From: Raja brachyura
Lineage: Eukaryota
Length of the DNA stretch: 64,000 nucleotides
Direction of reading: 5' to 3'
NCBI GenBank assembly: GCA_963514005.1
Contig: OY740808.1
Span: forward strand, 12,586,001-12,650,000
A program made the position numbers and the translations under genes. Below are positions 38,201 through 51,000 of this stretch, piece by piece. The notes under the pieces were generated by a model. The model ran no database searches and was not told the origin of the DNA. It saw only the letters and a list, made by a program, of their open reading frames with translations. Within the stretch, counting starts at the first letter, position 1; the number at the start of each line of letters is the position of its first letter.

Positions 38201-39602
38201 CTATTTAAAATAAAGTCACGGATTAGTAGGGCTAGCAGACCTAATTTGGTTAAAACATTATTAGTTGTTAAAAATACAGTTGGTAAAGCATGGATTAATT
38301 CGTTTCAAGTGAGATCCCCTCATAATAACTGCTATTTATGGCAATGGGACAGAATATGGGGCAGCAGCGTAAAATATATTATTTCGGAAGTGTTTTTAAT
38401 TGATCTCCAGAGTATTATGCCCATTGGCTTCAGCTACAATATTAAAGAGTGTTTTTTTACACGACAGCCAGTTGCGGGATTTCATTGCAGCGAAAGTTCC
38501 ACTAAACGCGCTTAAAACTTTAGTTTTCTATAAATACCTTCCCTTAATTAATCTGTTCATTTATTAAGGCCAGATACCGAAATATTACTAATGGTTGGAT
38601 TTTAACGATAAGAATCTTTTGTCGTTTTAGCCATCGATGAACAGACTAGATTTGCAGCTACGTTAAATTGACCGTTTTCTCGCATTTTAAATAGTCGTTG
38701 ATATGATTAATGCTGACACGTATATGTTTGTTTTTTTCTCGACCCGTCTCTTCTCTTTGAAGTAATAATTCTGCTCAGATTTCTGAAGTTTGAATAGCAA
38801 ATCTTACTCCTTTCGCTTAATGGCACAACAGCAAAATGCGTTATAAGATGTCACACGGAACTAAACTGATTTGAAGATGGGACCCATACCCAAACCTACC
38901 TATCCACGTTCACCAGAGATGCTGCCCTACCCGCTGAGTCACTCCAGAGCTTTGTGTCTTTTTTTGTAAACCTGCATCTGCAGTTCCTTGTCCCTCTAAA
39001 GTTATTTCCCGTTCCCTTACGTTCCGTCTAATTCTTATCCAGGTTTGATAAATGTTAGCCCGCTGTCCGCAAAGTAATTAAGAATAATAAAACAGCTGGA
39101 CAGCCGTATCGTCCTTTCATTGCTGTTGTCAACTAATTTGCCAAAAAAGACTCGATCGTGGCCGGGAATTTAAAAAAATATCAGCTCTAAATACCTTTTA
39201 TTTTAGTTATTTAGTGTAAAAATTACAAAGAGCCGGCCTAACATCTGGGCCCTTTGATAGAGCTACGTCTAATAATTTGCCAAAGGAAACTCGACTTTGG
39301 TCGAATGCTGAACATATTAGCGTTAAAAGCTTTTTCTTTGAACCATCGATTAGCGACAGAAAAGCAATTGCTGTTCATTGCAATATCATTAACCCAAAGC
39401 TAGAATATGCAGGAAGGAACTGCAGACTCATTCATTCCGTCCAGAGATACCGCCTATCCAGCTTATTGTGTCTCTCTTCGTTTTAAACCAACATCTGCAG
39501 TTCCTTCCTCCAACCCTTTCCTTCTCTGCAGAGATGCTGCCTGTCTCGCTGCGTTACGCCAGCTTTTTGTTTCTACCCAAAGATAGAAAGTATTTTACTT
39601 AC

Positions 39603-39947
39603 TGCCAATACCCAGCCTCGTTCCTTTGCCGAGGATGAAAGCATCTTTCCACACAGCACAGTAGTAATCCGCTGCGTCCCCCGACTGCACGTTCGATATT
39701 GTCAATGTTGCAGTGTTGCCTGACACTGATCCGGAGAAACGTTCAGAAACTCCCGAGCCTCTGTTAATGCTGCTACCCGAGTAATAGTAGAACAAATACC
39801 GCGGAACCGTATCTGGAATCTGCTGGTACCAGGAAACGACGCTACTACCTAAACTGCCGCCAGACAGCGTACAGGTTATTTCCACGTTTTGTCCCAGAGA
39901 TGTGGATTTTGAAGACGGCTGATTCATTGCAATTTGCGCATTTATAT
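39603..39947 (-). CDS. IGL: Ig lambda-type light chain copy 3, germline-joined VJ exon (...YYCAVWKDAFILGKGTRLGIG)
   Basis: Acceptor AG at 39949-39948, donor GTAAGT at 39602-39597. 345 nt open frame; J motif reads LGKG. Confidence 0.95.
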
Positions 39948-40073
39948 CTGAAAAACAAAATAGAAAAAACGTAGAATATTAACTAATATCAGTGAAACAG
40001 AAGAAATATCACGGATAGAAAGGTTTAATCGTACTCGAGGTTAAATATCATTTCGGTTGAAGTAAATACTCAC

Positions 40074-40122
40074 AAGCTGCGGAAAACGCTAACGCATAGA
40101 CTAGAGAGATCCAGCAAGACAT
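40074..40122 (-). CDS. IGL: Ig light chain copy 3, leader exon
   Basis: ATG at 40122-40120, 49 nt, donor GTGAGT at 40073-40068. Confidence 0.92.
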
Positions 40123-41855
40123 TGTAATTAATTGAGCGGAGAACGCCAGGTGAAGTGGTTTCTCAGTGTTTCTCTCCGTGTCGCTTATGAACCGTTTGAC
40201 AAGTCGTCAGCGCGAGTTCCTTATCTATCCTTCAACAGTCAAATCGGAATGCGTGTTGCGCCAATCAGAATTTGCCAGATGCTTCCTGTGTCAAATTATT
40301 TCCAAGGTAAATAAGGATTTAGTGTCGAATATCTCGGTACAATTTATCTCGGAACATTTTACTATAGACTCAGGCACATAAGATACTTTGTTTCGATTGA
40401 AAGGAGGTGTTGAATTATTCCTTTTCATTTATTCTGAATATTCATGCGCCTTCAAAGAAATTAATCGAATAACCTCATCATAATTCCTGGCGACTGTTCA
40501 TTCACTCTTGAAAAATGAAGGGATGCATTCCAACAGGGCTGAAGAATCCGATCTCATGGTCTCGCACTACTGTGCGCGTCATGTACCTTCACCCTTTTAG
40601 TTGCACACTAACATTTTATTTGAAACTGGTAAATATTCTGGTGAAGATCGTGTGGAGGAAATCTTTCAAAACGCAATGTGAAGAAGCAATAGCCTGCAAA
40701 ATTATTTACGAATGTGCAAATTTCGGCGTCAATGCACCGTCAAAACAGCTGTAATTCTGGAAAGCATGCTTGCTAGCAGCACACATGTTCACTGGCTTAG
40801 CACGGGCAATTGACAATTGATAAAAAAAAATTGAGAAACATGTTTAATCGACCAAGGAGTTGCTGGCGAGTTTTATATATTAAAGACGTCGATGTCTGCA
40901 CGTGCTTGCATTGCTATGATAGTAATTCTGTCCAACTTCATCTGATATATGACATTATATTTACATCCAAGCAGCGTTGCCTTATACTAGGTCTAATGTA
41001 CGGAGATTTTATATCGCAACCCAATCGCGCTAGTTGTCGCGGCAGCGCTCCTTTCGCTTTTTGGATTTTCCCTGCAGGGTAGTAACACCAGGTGAATCAG
41101 TGCAACGGCTATGAACAAGAAAATACAGTGAAAAAAAGTCTACATTTTCAAAATTTTTCCATTTGGACTAACGATTTCGTTGGTAATTAATCAAAGGAGA
41201 CCGGACTGTTCTGCTGATGTGCCTGGACAGTTAATACTCGCATCTCATAAGCAAAAGCATCAATGTCTCAAACATTGTTTCCGAAATTGTTCTACTCCTC
41301 GGTACTTCGGAAATGCTGTTTCTGTTGGAACAGCACAATCATTCCTGTGATGCCGTGGCACGATTATACACCATTTAACTGGCATTAACAACATTTTAGT
41401 TGAAATGATGACATAAGAATATGTTTCAGTGCGCAACCATGACACCCGTACCTAGCCTATTACCAATGTGCGTTGCCTTTGCTAAGTTATCATATGATCT
41501 CTCCACATGAACGCCTTACATAAAGTTTGCATAAAGTTGATACATCGGACAATTCCCAATGCAGGTAAATCAACAATCAAGTAGTTGAACTACATCCAGA
41601 AGAAAGTAATCCGCTCTTTGATACTTTTCACACTCTAAATATTCATCCCCTCCCAAGTAACAATATATTGCGCCGACTCTCTTGGCAATACGCAAAATGC
41701 ATTATAATTATGCCTAGGACACACGGACAACACATCCGTGCCTAATCAGAATAAGAGCAAAGGGTGTGCATAGGAGCACCTCTCTTGCTGGACAAGTTAC
41801 AGCCGATGTTGAGTGCGAAATACATTGCTATGCTTTGCGATTGTTGGGTCCATTT

Positions 41856-44043
41856 AGAAACATAGAAACATAGAAAATAGGTGCAGGAGTAGGCCATTCG
41901 GCCCTTCGAGCCTGCACCGCCATTCAATTTGGTCATGGCTGATCATCCAACTCAGTATCCTGTACCTGCCTTCTCTTCACACCCCCTGGTCCCTTTAGCC
42001 AGAAGGGCCACATCTAACTCCCTCTTAAAAACAATCTTCCTGCATCTAGCCTATCCATCCCCTTAAGAATTTTGTAAGTTTCTATAAGATCTCCCCTCAG
42101 TCTTCTAAATTCTAGCGAGTACAAGCCAAGTCTATCCAGTCTTTCCAAATATGAAAGTCCTGACATCCCAGGAATCAGTCTGGTGAACCTCTCTGTACCC
42201 CCTCTATGTCAAGAATGTATTTTCTCAGATTTGGAGACCAAACCTGTACGCAATACTCCAGGTGTGGTCTCACCAAAACCCTGTACAACTGCAGTAGAAC
42301 CTCCCTGCTCCTATACTCAAATCCTTTCGCTATGAATGCTAACATACCATTTGCTTTCTTCTCTGCCTGCTTCACCTGCATGCCTACTTTCAACGATTGG
42401 TGTACCATGACACCCACGTCTCGTTGCATATCCCCCCTTCCTAATTTGCCACCATTCAGACAATAGTCTACCCACCTGTTTTTGCCACCAAAGTGGATAA
42501 CCGCACATTTATGCACATTATACCGCATCTGTCGTGCATTTGCCCACTCAACCAGGGTATCCAAGTCATCTTGCAGCCTCCTAGCATCCTCCTCACACAT
42601 AACACTACCCCCCAGCTTAGTGTCATCCGCAAACTTGGAGATGTTGCATTCAATTCCCTCGTCCAAATCATTAATATATATTGTAAATAGCTGGGGTCCC
42701 AGCACTGAGCCTTGCGGTACCCTACTAGTCACTGCCTGCCATGCTGAAAAGGACCCGTTTACTCCTACCCTGTGCTTCCTGTCTGCCAGCCAGTTCTCTA
42801 TCCACATCAATACTGAACCCCCAATACCATGTGCTTTAAGTGTGTATACTAATCTCTTAGGTGGGACCTTGTCGAAAGCCTTCTGAAAGTCTAGATATAA
42901 CACATACACTGGTTCTCCCTTATCCACTCTGCTAGTTACATCTTCGAAAAATTCTATAAGATTCGTCAGACATGATTTACCTTTCGTAAATCCATGCTGA
43001 CTTTGTCTAATGATTTTACCACTTTCCAAATGTACTGCTATCCCATCTTTAATAACCGACTCTAGCAGTTTCCCCACTACCGATGTTAGACTAACTGGTC
43101 TGTAATTCCCCGTTTTCTCTCTCCCTCCTTTTTTAAAAAAGTGGGGTTACATTGGCTACCCTCCAATCCTCAGGAACTTCTCCAGAATCTAAGGAGTTTT
43201 GAAAAATTATCACTAATGCATCCACTATTTCTGTGGCTACTTCCCTGAGTACTCTGCGATGCAGACTATCTGGCCCTGGGGATTTATCGGCCTTTAATCC
43301 ATTCAATTTACCCAACACCACTTCCTCGCTAACCTGGATTTCACTCAGTTCCTCCACTTTATTTGATCCCCGGTGCACTGCTATTTCCGGCAGATTATTT
43401 ATGTCTTCCTTAGTGAAGACAGAACCAAAGTAGTTGTTCAATTGGTCTGCCATGTCCTTGTTCCCCATGATCAATTCCCCTGTTTCTGTCTGCAAGTGAC
43501 CTACATTTGTTTTAACTAATCTCTTTCTCTTCACATATCTATAAAAACTTTTGCAGTCAGTTTTTATGTTCCCTACCAGTTTTCTTTCATAATCTATTTT
43601 CCCTTTCCTAATTAAGCCCTTTGTCCTCCTCTGCTGGATTCTGAATTTCTCCCAGTCCTCTGGTTGGCTGCTTTTTCTGGTTACCTGGTGCTTCATCTTT
43701 TGTTTTTATACTATCCCTGATTTCCCTTGTTATCAATGGATGCACTACCTTCCCTGATTTATTCTTTTGCCAAACTGGGATGAACAATTGTTGTAGTTCA
43801 TCCATGCAGTCTTTAAATACCTTCCATTGCACATCCACTGTCAACCCTTCAATAATCACTGGCCAGTCTATCTTGGGCAATTCACGTCTCATACTTTCAA
43901 AGTTACCTTTGTTTACGTTCAGAACCCTTGTTTCTGACTTAATTATGTCACTCTCCATCCCAATTAAGAACTCAACCATATTATGGCCACTCTTGCCCAA
44001 CGGGCCACGCACAAAAAGACTGCAAACTAACCCTTCCTCACTA
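41856..44043 (-). mobile_element. CR1 LINE, 5'-truncated, about 1.7 kb upstream of the copy 3 ATG
   Basis: 300-aa RT ORF (QHGF, PQGSVLGP, FADD) and (TTTCTATG)n tail. CATTT duplicated at 41851-41855 and 44044-44048. Empty site near 24100. Confidence 0.92.
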
Positions 44044-44105
44044 CATTTCTTGGAAATCCCTTTCTAATAGCAGGATTTGGGTCCTATGGTAATTATGGTA
44101 AGAAC

Positions 44106-44160
<55 letters not shown>

Positions 44161-46411
44161 TAGACAGGCTGATTGACAGTCTCAAAAGATTAACATTTGT
44201 CATGAAATGTTGAACAGAACGAGGTTGTGAAGTTCAAGGTGATGCGACTGTGAGATGCTGGAATATTCAGTAAAACACACAATACTGGAGTAGATCGTTT
44301 CGTGAGGATATTTCGGATCGCGAACCTTCTTTAGACTCTGGAAAAGGGTCCCCACCAAAAACATAACACAACCATGTCCTCCAAAGATACTGCCCGATCT
44401 GCTGAATTACTCTAGCACTTTGAGAATGAAATAGACATTCATCACATTAACAAAATTAATGGAAGTGAAGTATTAAAGCCATCTAGATATTCTCTAAAAT
44501 AAATAAGATTACGTATTTAAATATAGTTTTATCGTTTTACGCAGGGAAGATGTATATTGCACAGAAGCCACAGCTGAAGAATAACGGGGTTAATGACTAA
44601 AAAACATTCACTTTTGTGTGGAATGTTTCATGTAGGCGAAGTGCTCTTCCAAATTGCTAGGTTGCAGCAAAACTGCATACATTGTGATGGCTCAGCGAGG
44701 GGTAACATTACCAGGGCAGCCTGGTCGAGAAGCAAACTGTTCCCGTAGGTTAGCGCAGAGATTATGTGGCAGTGCAATTTCAGGTAAAGATGAAAGGCCA
44801 GAAGACTGTGATCCCTAATACGTTAAATATAGGGTTGTGATGTGGATTCTGTAATCGTTAAGGACAACCTGCTCTGGAACTGATGCCATCCTTTTGGCAA
44901 AGATACAGCTCCAACCCACTAGGAAAACCATTCCAGAATTTGCTTCTAACAATGTTATTGAAATCGATCTTCTTGCAATTCAGGATCCTAACTTGGGACT
45001 TTTCTTACCCCTTCATATGCATACTTTAAGGGTAAAATGCAATGGTTTCGGACCCTCAAAATATCAGCCCACTGATGCTTCATCCTCTTACCCGGCTTCA
45101 TTTATTGTCAGTGGGTCTAGCACTAGCACAGAAAGCACTCCTAGATATTATTTTATCTACCACGCCTATTCCATTCACAGGCCTGTGATCACAAATTATA
45201 TTAGAGGTATTTTTTCAAAGTAGTATGTCTTTAACGTGCATTGTCCAAAGAAGGAAAATGATGCATGTACTATAGGTCATATGCTATCGTGAATCGAAGG
45301 CTAGCTATCATGAAACAGAGAGTAGGCAGAATTGGATCTGGTTCTGCGTAGTAACGATACCACTGTGGTGTTGCAAGTAAGGGTGTGTGCCCTCAACCTC
45401 AGCTTCAGTTTCCTTACAATGTATTTGAATTTCACATGAAGTGATCTCCGATGTAGCAGATACAGTCATATTCCTTTATTTATACCATTGATTGTTCTGT
45501 TGATTGTTTTTTTTTGCCACAGAGAATTCGACCATCCCTTCAGTTGTTTTCCACATCAAGTCCAGAATATATTTCTTTTCAGAGTAGTTATGCTTATCTG
45601 AATATTGGTTATTCTTCTCTATCGAGAAATACCTCTATCGTTATTTGCGGCCAAGTGTCACAGCTTGGTTATTTGGCTAAATAACAGTCAATAAAATGAA
45701 GGTTCAATAACAGCCAATAAACTGAAGGTAAATGCAAGTGGAACGGCCATATTAAGATTGGTTTATTGAGGCTTAAGCTCAAGAGGCTTCTGTGATGGTT
45801 ATCTGGGGATAAGGTTTGGTCTGTCACTTTATGTTTGCTTTGGAGCACAACCTGGTCTTGGTGTCATAGAGATGGAGGCTGGTGTGCTCAGTCTGTGGGA
45901 TGTTGGAACTGAAGTAGACGTAGTGTCTCTGAACATTACATCTGCAGGAAGTGTGTCCAGGTGCCGCTCCTGAAAGATTAGTGATCTGCAGTTGCAATTG
46001 GATGACCTCGTGGTCGTCCAGAGGGTGAGCAAGTCATAGTTAGGAGTCATAGTGAGGTGTGGACAAAGAATAGATGGGTGACCACCAGCAAAGGTAATAG
46101 GCAGAGGGTTCTGGAATCCCCCGGAGGCATTCCCCTGCAAAACTGCTATGTTCTTTTGCAACTGTTGAGGGGACAGCAGCAGTTGTCAGGTCTGTGGAAC
46201 TGGGCCTGTCTCTGATGTGCAGCGGTATGAAGTCAGACAGAGTGATTGTGATAAAACACATTAGTGAGGGGGACAGACAGGAGCAAATAGGCCTCATGGA
46301 TGGACTGTTGCCTCACTGGTGCAAGGATCCAGTATGTCCTGGAATGGCTGCAGAGCACCTTCAAGGTGGTGGGTGGACAGACAGAAGTCGTTTTGCATGT
46401 CAGCACAAATG

Positions 46412-46487
<76 letters not shown>

Positions 46488-46954
46488 CTTTATTTCGGAC
46501 TCAAGGGACAACATTACATAAAAATACATTGCATATTAAAACACCATAAAATACATGTAAAATCTTAGTATATCTATATATTACTAAAAGTAAGATCTTG
46601 GCCGCTTTTGACGCACTACAATTTGATTTCCGAGAGAACGCCGCCGATTACGGTCGTCATTTTTGGTCACCTCGCTCTGAGCCTCCATCGGCCGGACTGA
46701 ACCAGAGGATTTTCCCTATCGATAAAACAATCAGAGATATATTAATGTTTATAAAACATATTGCCATTCTCTCTGCTTCCCCTGATGGTGGGAGGGGGGA
46801 GGGACTATAAAACCCGGAAGTTGTGTGACTCACTCAGTCTCTGCAAGATGGAAGCATCCAGAGGGTCACGTCTCTCTGGGCTCAGAATAGCACTGAACAC
46901 ATTTCTACTCAAGTGTGAGTGCCCTTAATGTGGTTTGAAAATGAAAATATGGTT

Positions 46955-47265
46955 GGTTTGAAGTAAGAAGGCACTGCAAATGGTTGTTTGGGGGTTTTGG
47001 GTTGAAGTAAAAAGGCACTGCATGCAAATGGTTGTTTTGGGGGGTTGGGTTGAAGTAAAAAGGCACTGCACGCAAATGGTTGTTTTGGGGGGTTGGGTTG
47101 AAGTAAAAAGGCACTGCATGCAAATGGTTGTTTGGGGGGTTTGGGTTGAAATAAAAAGGCACTGCATGCAAATGGTTGTTTGGGGGTATGGGTTGAAGTG
47201 AAAAGGCACTGCAAAGGGTTGCTTGGGGGTTTTGGGTTTATGTGAAAAGGCACTGCAGATGGTTG
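46955..47265. repeat. About 48-bp minisatellite inside the Helitron
   Basis: Repeats of ggttgaagtaaaaaggcactgcatgcaaatggttgttttgggggg. Confidence 0.9.
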
Positions 47266-47604
47266 TTTGTCTAAACTTGACAACTTCCTGTTTCCACTAT
47301 ATTGATTTTGGATAAAACATTTACATCTGTGATTTTTGGCCATCTTACTCAGTGCCTCACTGCTCATCAGGTGTAGAGGATTCTCCCATCAATGAAAAAC
47401 AAAAGTGTCAATCACGCCATGAAGGCCACACCTTTTCCGGTGGGAGGGGGAGAGATTATAAAACCCGGAAGTGTGGGTGTGGCTCAGTCTCTGCATGATG
47501 GGGAGGGAGACGTCGCGACTCTGTCTGAGCTGTGAATCAACTGAACACACTGAATGTTTACTGAACTGTGAGTGTGGTGTTTTGTGTGGTTTCATGGTGA
47601 TTTT

Positions 47605-48010
47605 TATGGTGGTCTCACCCTGCTTGAAATACTATGGAACTGTACTTGAATGTGGTGGCCTTGCACCCTGCATGAAATGGTATAAAACTGCATTTGAATG
47701 TGCAGTCGTTGCACCCTGCATGAAATGGTATGAAACTGCATTTGAATTTGGTGGCCTTGCACCCTCCTTGAAGTGTTATGAAACTGCACTTGAATTTGGT
47801 GGCCTTGTACCCTGCTTGAAGTGGTAGGAAACTGAACCTGAATTTGGTTGCCTTGCACCCTGCTTGAAGTGGTATGAAACTGCACTTGAATTTTGTGGCC
47901 TTGCACCCTGCTCGTAGAGGTAAGAAACTGCACTTCAATTTGGTGCTCTTGCTTGAAATGGTAGGAAAATGGATTTGAATTTGGTGGCCTTGCACTCTGC
48001 TTGAAATGGA
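47605..48010. repeat. Degenerate roughly 48-bp minisatellite inside the Helitron
   Basis: Repeats of ggtggccttgcaccctgcttgaaatggtatgaaactgcacttgaattt. Confidence 0.85.
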
Positions 48011-51000
48011 ATTTCAAGGAATAGCCGTGAGTCAACTACCAGCCCACCAGTCATGAGTTATCTGTCAGCACGTCAGGCTTGAGGTACTGAGCTGCCACCC
48101 CAAGAATCCATTTAGCCCACAATGTCCATACTAGCCCTCTGGGGACCAGTAGTCTCTGCAGCCAACAACACCCATCCCAGTGCTCCAGAAAGCACCCCCC
48201 CCCCCCACTGGCCATCAATATTGGAATTGGTAGAGAGGTGGAATATTGCGCTGGGGGACCAGCCCTCCCGTGTGAACATGGGATCCAACGGGTCCCACTT
48301 AGTCTAGTCACTTATAAGAGCATCATAAATTATATTTTAAAAAACACAATACATGATTTAAAATCCAGAATAAAAAGACCAATGCCCTACAACGAGATAG
48401 CGATACCAGTGTATCCACAAGTAGGATTCATATCATGTAGTGCTAAACCTTACGTTTGACAAAGCCACGATAATAACATTTTTAGAGTCATTTATCCGGC
48501 CAATGAATTTATACATATGATTTCTTAGGATAGCTTCTAATGTAGTGACTCTTGCAGCCATAAACATCTTATTAGCACGACGCCATCTAGGTTTCCTTAG
48601 CACTGTTCTCATGGCATTATCATAGGCCACCTTTAGTCTCTGCAAACTTGCCTTTCCATAGTTCAACCACAGGTGTGCAGTATAGAGTGGTGTGCAATAT
48701 GCTCTAAGCAGCTACATCTTCACCACATCTGCACACGCACCGAACGTACGCAAGAGAATATTCACCTGTACATACAGCTTAGTGGTTGCCTAACGATATC
48801 CTCATCTTCTGTCATTTGTTCTGTAATAAAATGCCCAAGATATTTTACCTTATTACAGACACTAAGGTGATTGTCAGACAACTTATAATCAGGAAATTTT
48901 AGACATTTATCCTCTTTGGTTCTACAGATCATAACAACAGTCTTACAAGCATTATACTAAATATCATGTTCCACACCATACACAGAACATATAGTAAGGA
49001 GCTGCTGGAGACCAGCGCTAGATGAGCTAATGACCACAAGATCATCTGCATACATAACATGATTCACGTAAATATTTCCAATCATGCACCCAGTATTATA
49101 TGCTTTCAATTGCTTGGACAGATCATCAATATAAAGATTAAAACGGAATGGGGACAAAATTTCCCCTTGTCTAACACCATTGGCAACTCCAAAAGGGGGT
49201 GAGACACTATTGCCCCATTTTATTTGCATAATCTGGTGCGCATAACAGTAAACCAGCATTCTCACAATCTATTTAGGCACCCCTCTTTGATGCATTTTAA
49301 CAAACAGCTTTCTATGAATAACCCAATCAAAGGCTTTGGAAGCATTAATAAAGCACTTACTAATTGAAGAGTTTTTGCCTCTATATTTGTTTACAATCTC
49401 CTTTAGGTCAAAAATGCACAAGTCAGTGCCATGTTTAGCTTTAAAATCAAACTTTCTATCTGTGGAGCTAACAAACTCATTTACTCTATCCAGCAGAATT
49501 ATATCTAAGTCTTTTGACAATATGCTGGCTAAAGCTATGGGCCTGTAATTATTTCGGCAGCCTACTTTACCAGCTTAGTCCTTAATGACCAGCACTAGCA
49601 GAACAGACAATATTGAGGCTGGTAACAAAGAATCATAAAGCCAGTAAAGCAAATAGCAAGTAAAGGAGCTATCCTTATACTCACATACTTAAGATGTTCA
49701 GCAGAAATATGATCCAAGCCACTTGCTTTGTTGTTGGACAGCTTGTTCATGACATGATACACCTCATGTGACACAATCATCACCGAGTCATTACTCTCAA
49801 TATTGTCCACCCTATACAAATCACCTTGGACGCAGTTGTATAAAGTGCTATAATGTTGTCATAAAGTTCCATAATGTTGCCATAACTCCGCGTTATTAGC
49901 TATTCCAGAGATTCCATCTATGCTGCATGGAAGAGATGTTTTGCAACTGTTAAGAGCTCTCACGTCTTTCCAAAAATCAGTATCATTGTTACTTAGCAGC
50001 TTCTTAGCCATGGAATCAGCCGTCATTGATTGCTAATTTTTTACAGTTGAAGCGAACAGCATACCAATATCTTGTATTAGTGAACTTATTTTACTCAAAC
50101 AGATATGTAGGAAACTGGATGAGGTCCGAGAGAAGAATAAAACAAGTTGGGAAAAAAGTTAGGAAAAGGGATGGGGTCCTCTAGAGAGAATATAGAGAGT
50201 TCAGCAAAATATAACAAAGAGCAATGAGATCCTCCGGAGTGTATATGAGGAGTTAGTTAAACGGTTAAAATTACCACCTGCTGGGTGGTAATCTCTAGAT
50301 TACTACAGTTGCCACGTTAGTGAGGGTAGCAATAGGAGGATAGGACAGATGAAAGCATAGCTGAGGAGTTGATGCAGGAGAAAGGATTTGGACTGTAGAC
50401 CATAGTGATGTTTATTGCCGCAAAGGCGACATGCACAAGAGGGACAGGTTGCATTTGAACTGAAGGGACACCAACATCCTTGCAGTGAAGTTTGCTCGTG
50501 AGAATTTAAGCTAAAATGGAGGGAGAATGGGAATGAAAGGAGCAAGTTTGCGAATGGAAAGGCTGATGAGAAAGTGGAGGTAATAACAAGTAAGTCTCAA
50601 AGGAAGGATGGGCAGGGAGTGGTTCATGATTTATGGGTATTGTGGATAAAGCTAAATGAACGTTGATGGTCGAGATCAGTGCTTGGAATAATAATGTTGT
50701 GGCCATTATGAAATCTTGGTTGTGGGAGAGACATGACTGACAGTTCAATGCATCAGGGCTTTGATATTTGAGATGGTTGTGCTTAAAAATAATAAAGGAA
50801 TGGTTTCTCCAATGGGATTATATTACGGGACACCCAATAATCAGCGGAAGCTGGATTGGATATGTAAACAGACGCATGAACTAAAGTGTTGTTTTAGTGG
50901 GTATCGATAACTTCCCCAATATTCACTGTTTTATGTTCAGTGAAAGGGTGTTAGATGAGGCAGAATTTATGAAGTATATCCAAGAAATTTGCCTTAAACG

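Larger units (their letters stand above)
46573..48307 (+). mobile_element. Non-autonomous Helitron with internal minisatellites (unit 3 only)
   Basis: Starts TC and ends CTAG. Inserted between A and T with no TSD (empty paralog ttagtata|tcactt near 26570). Subterminal hairpin tgggatcc-aac-gggtccca at 48279-48297 ends 10 nt before the element end. Confidence 0.88.
46413..50100 (-). mobile_element. RTE/RTE-X-like LINE shared by all units (paralogs about 8675-12420 and 26510-29400), with (TTA)n tail at 46413-46487
   Basis: GVRQGGILSP, YADDLVV and NYRPVALAS motifs. AATAAA plus a (TTA)n tail in unit 3. Clade assignment is tentative. Confidence 0.75.

Noticed and set aside
46233-46529. Poly-Ile ORFs
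   Set aside because: Translation of the (TAA)n microsatellite tail of a LINE.
46905-48035. Repetitive ORFs and a CRISPR-like periodic appearance
   Set aside because: Minisatellite translations with no unique spacers, in a eukaryotic Helitron interior.
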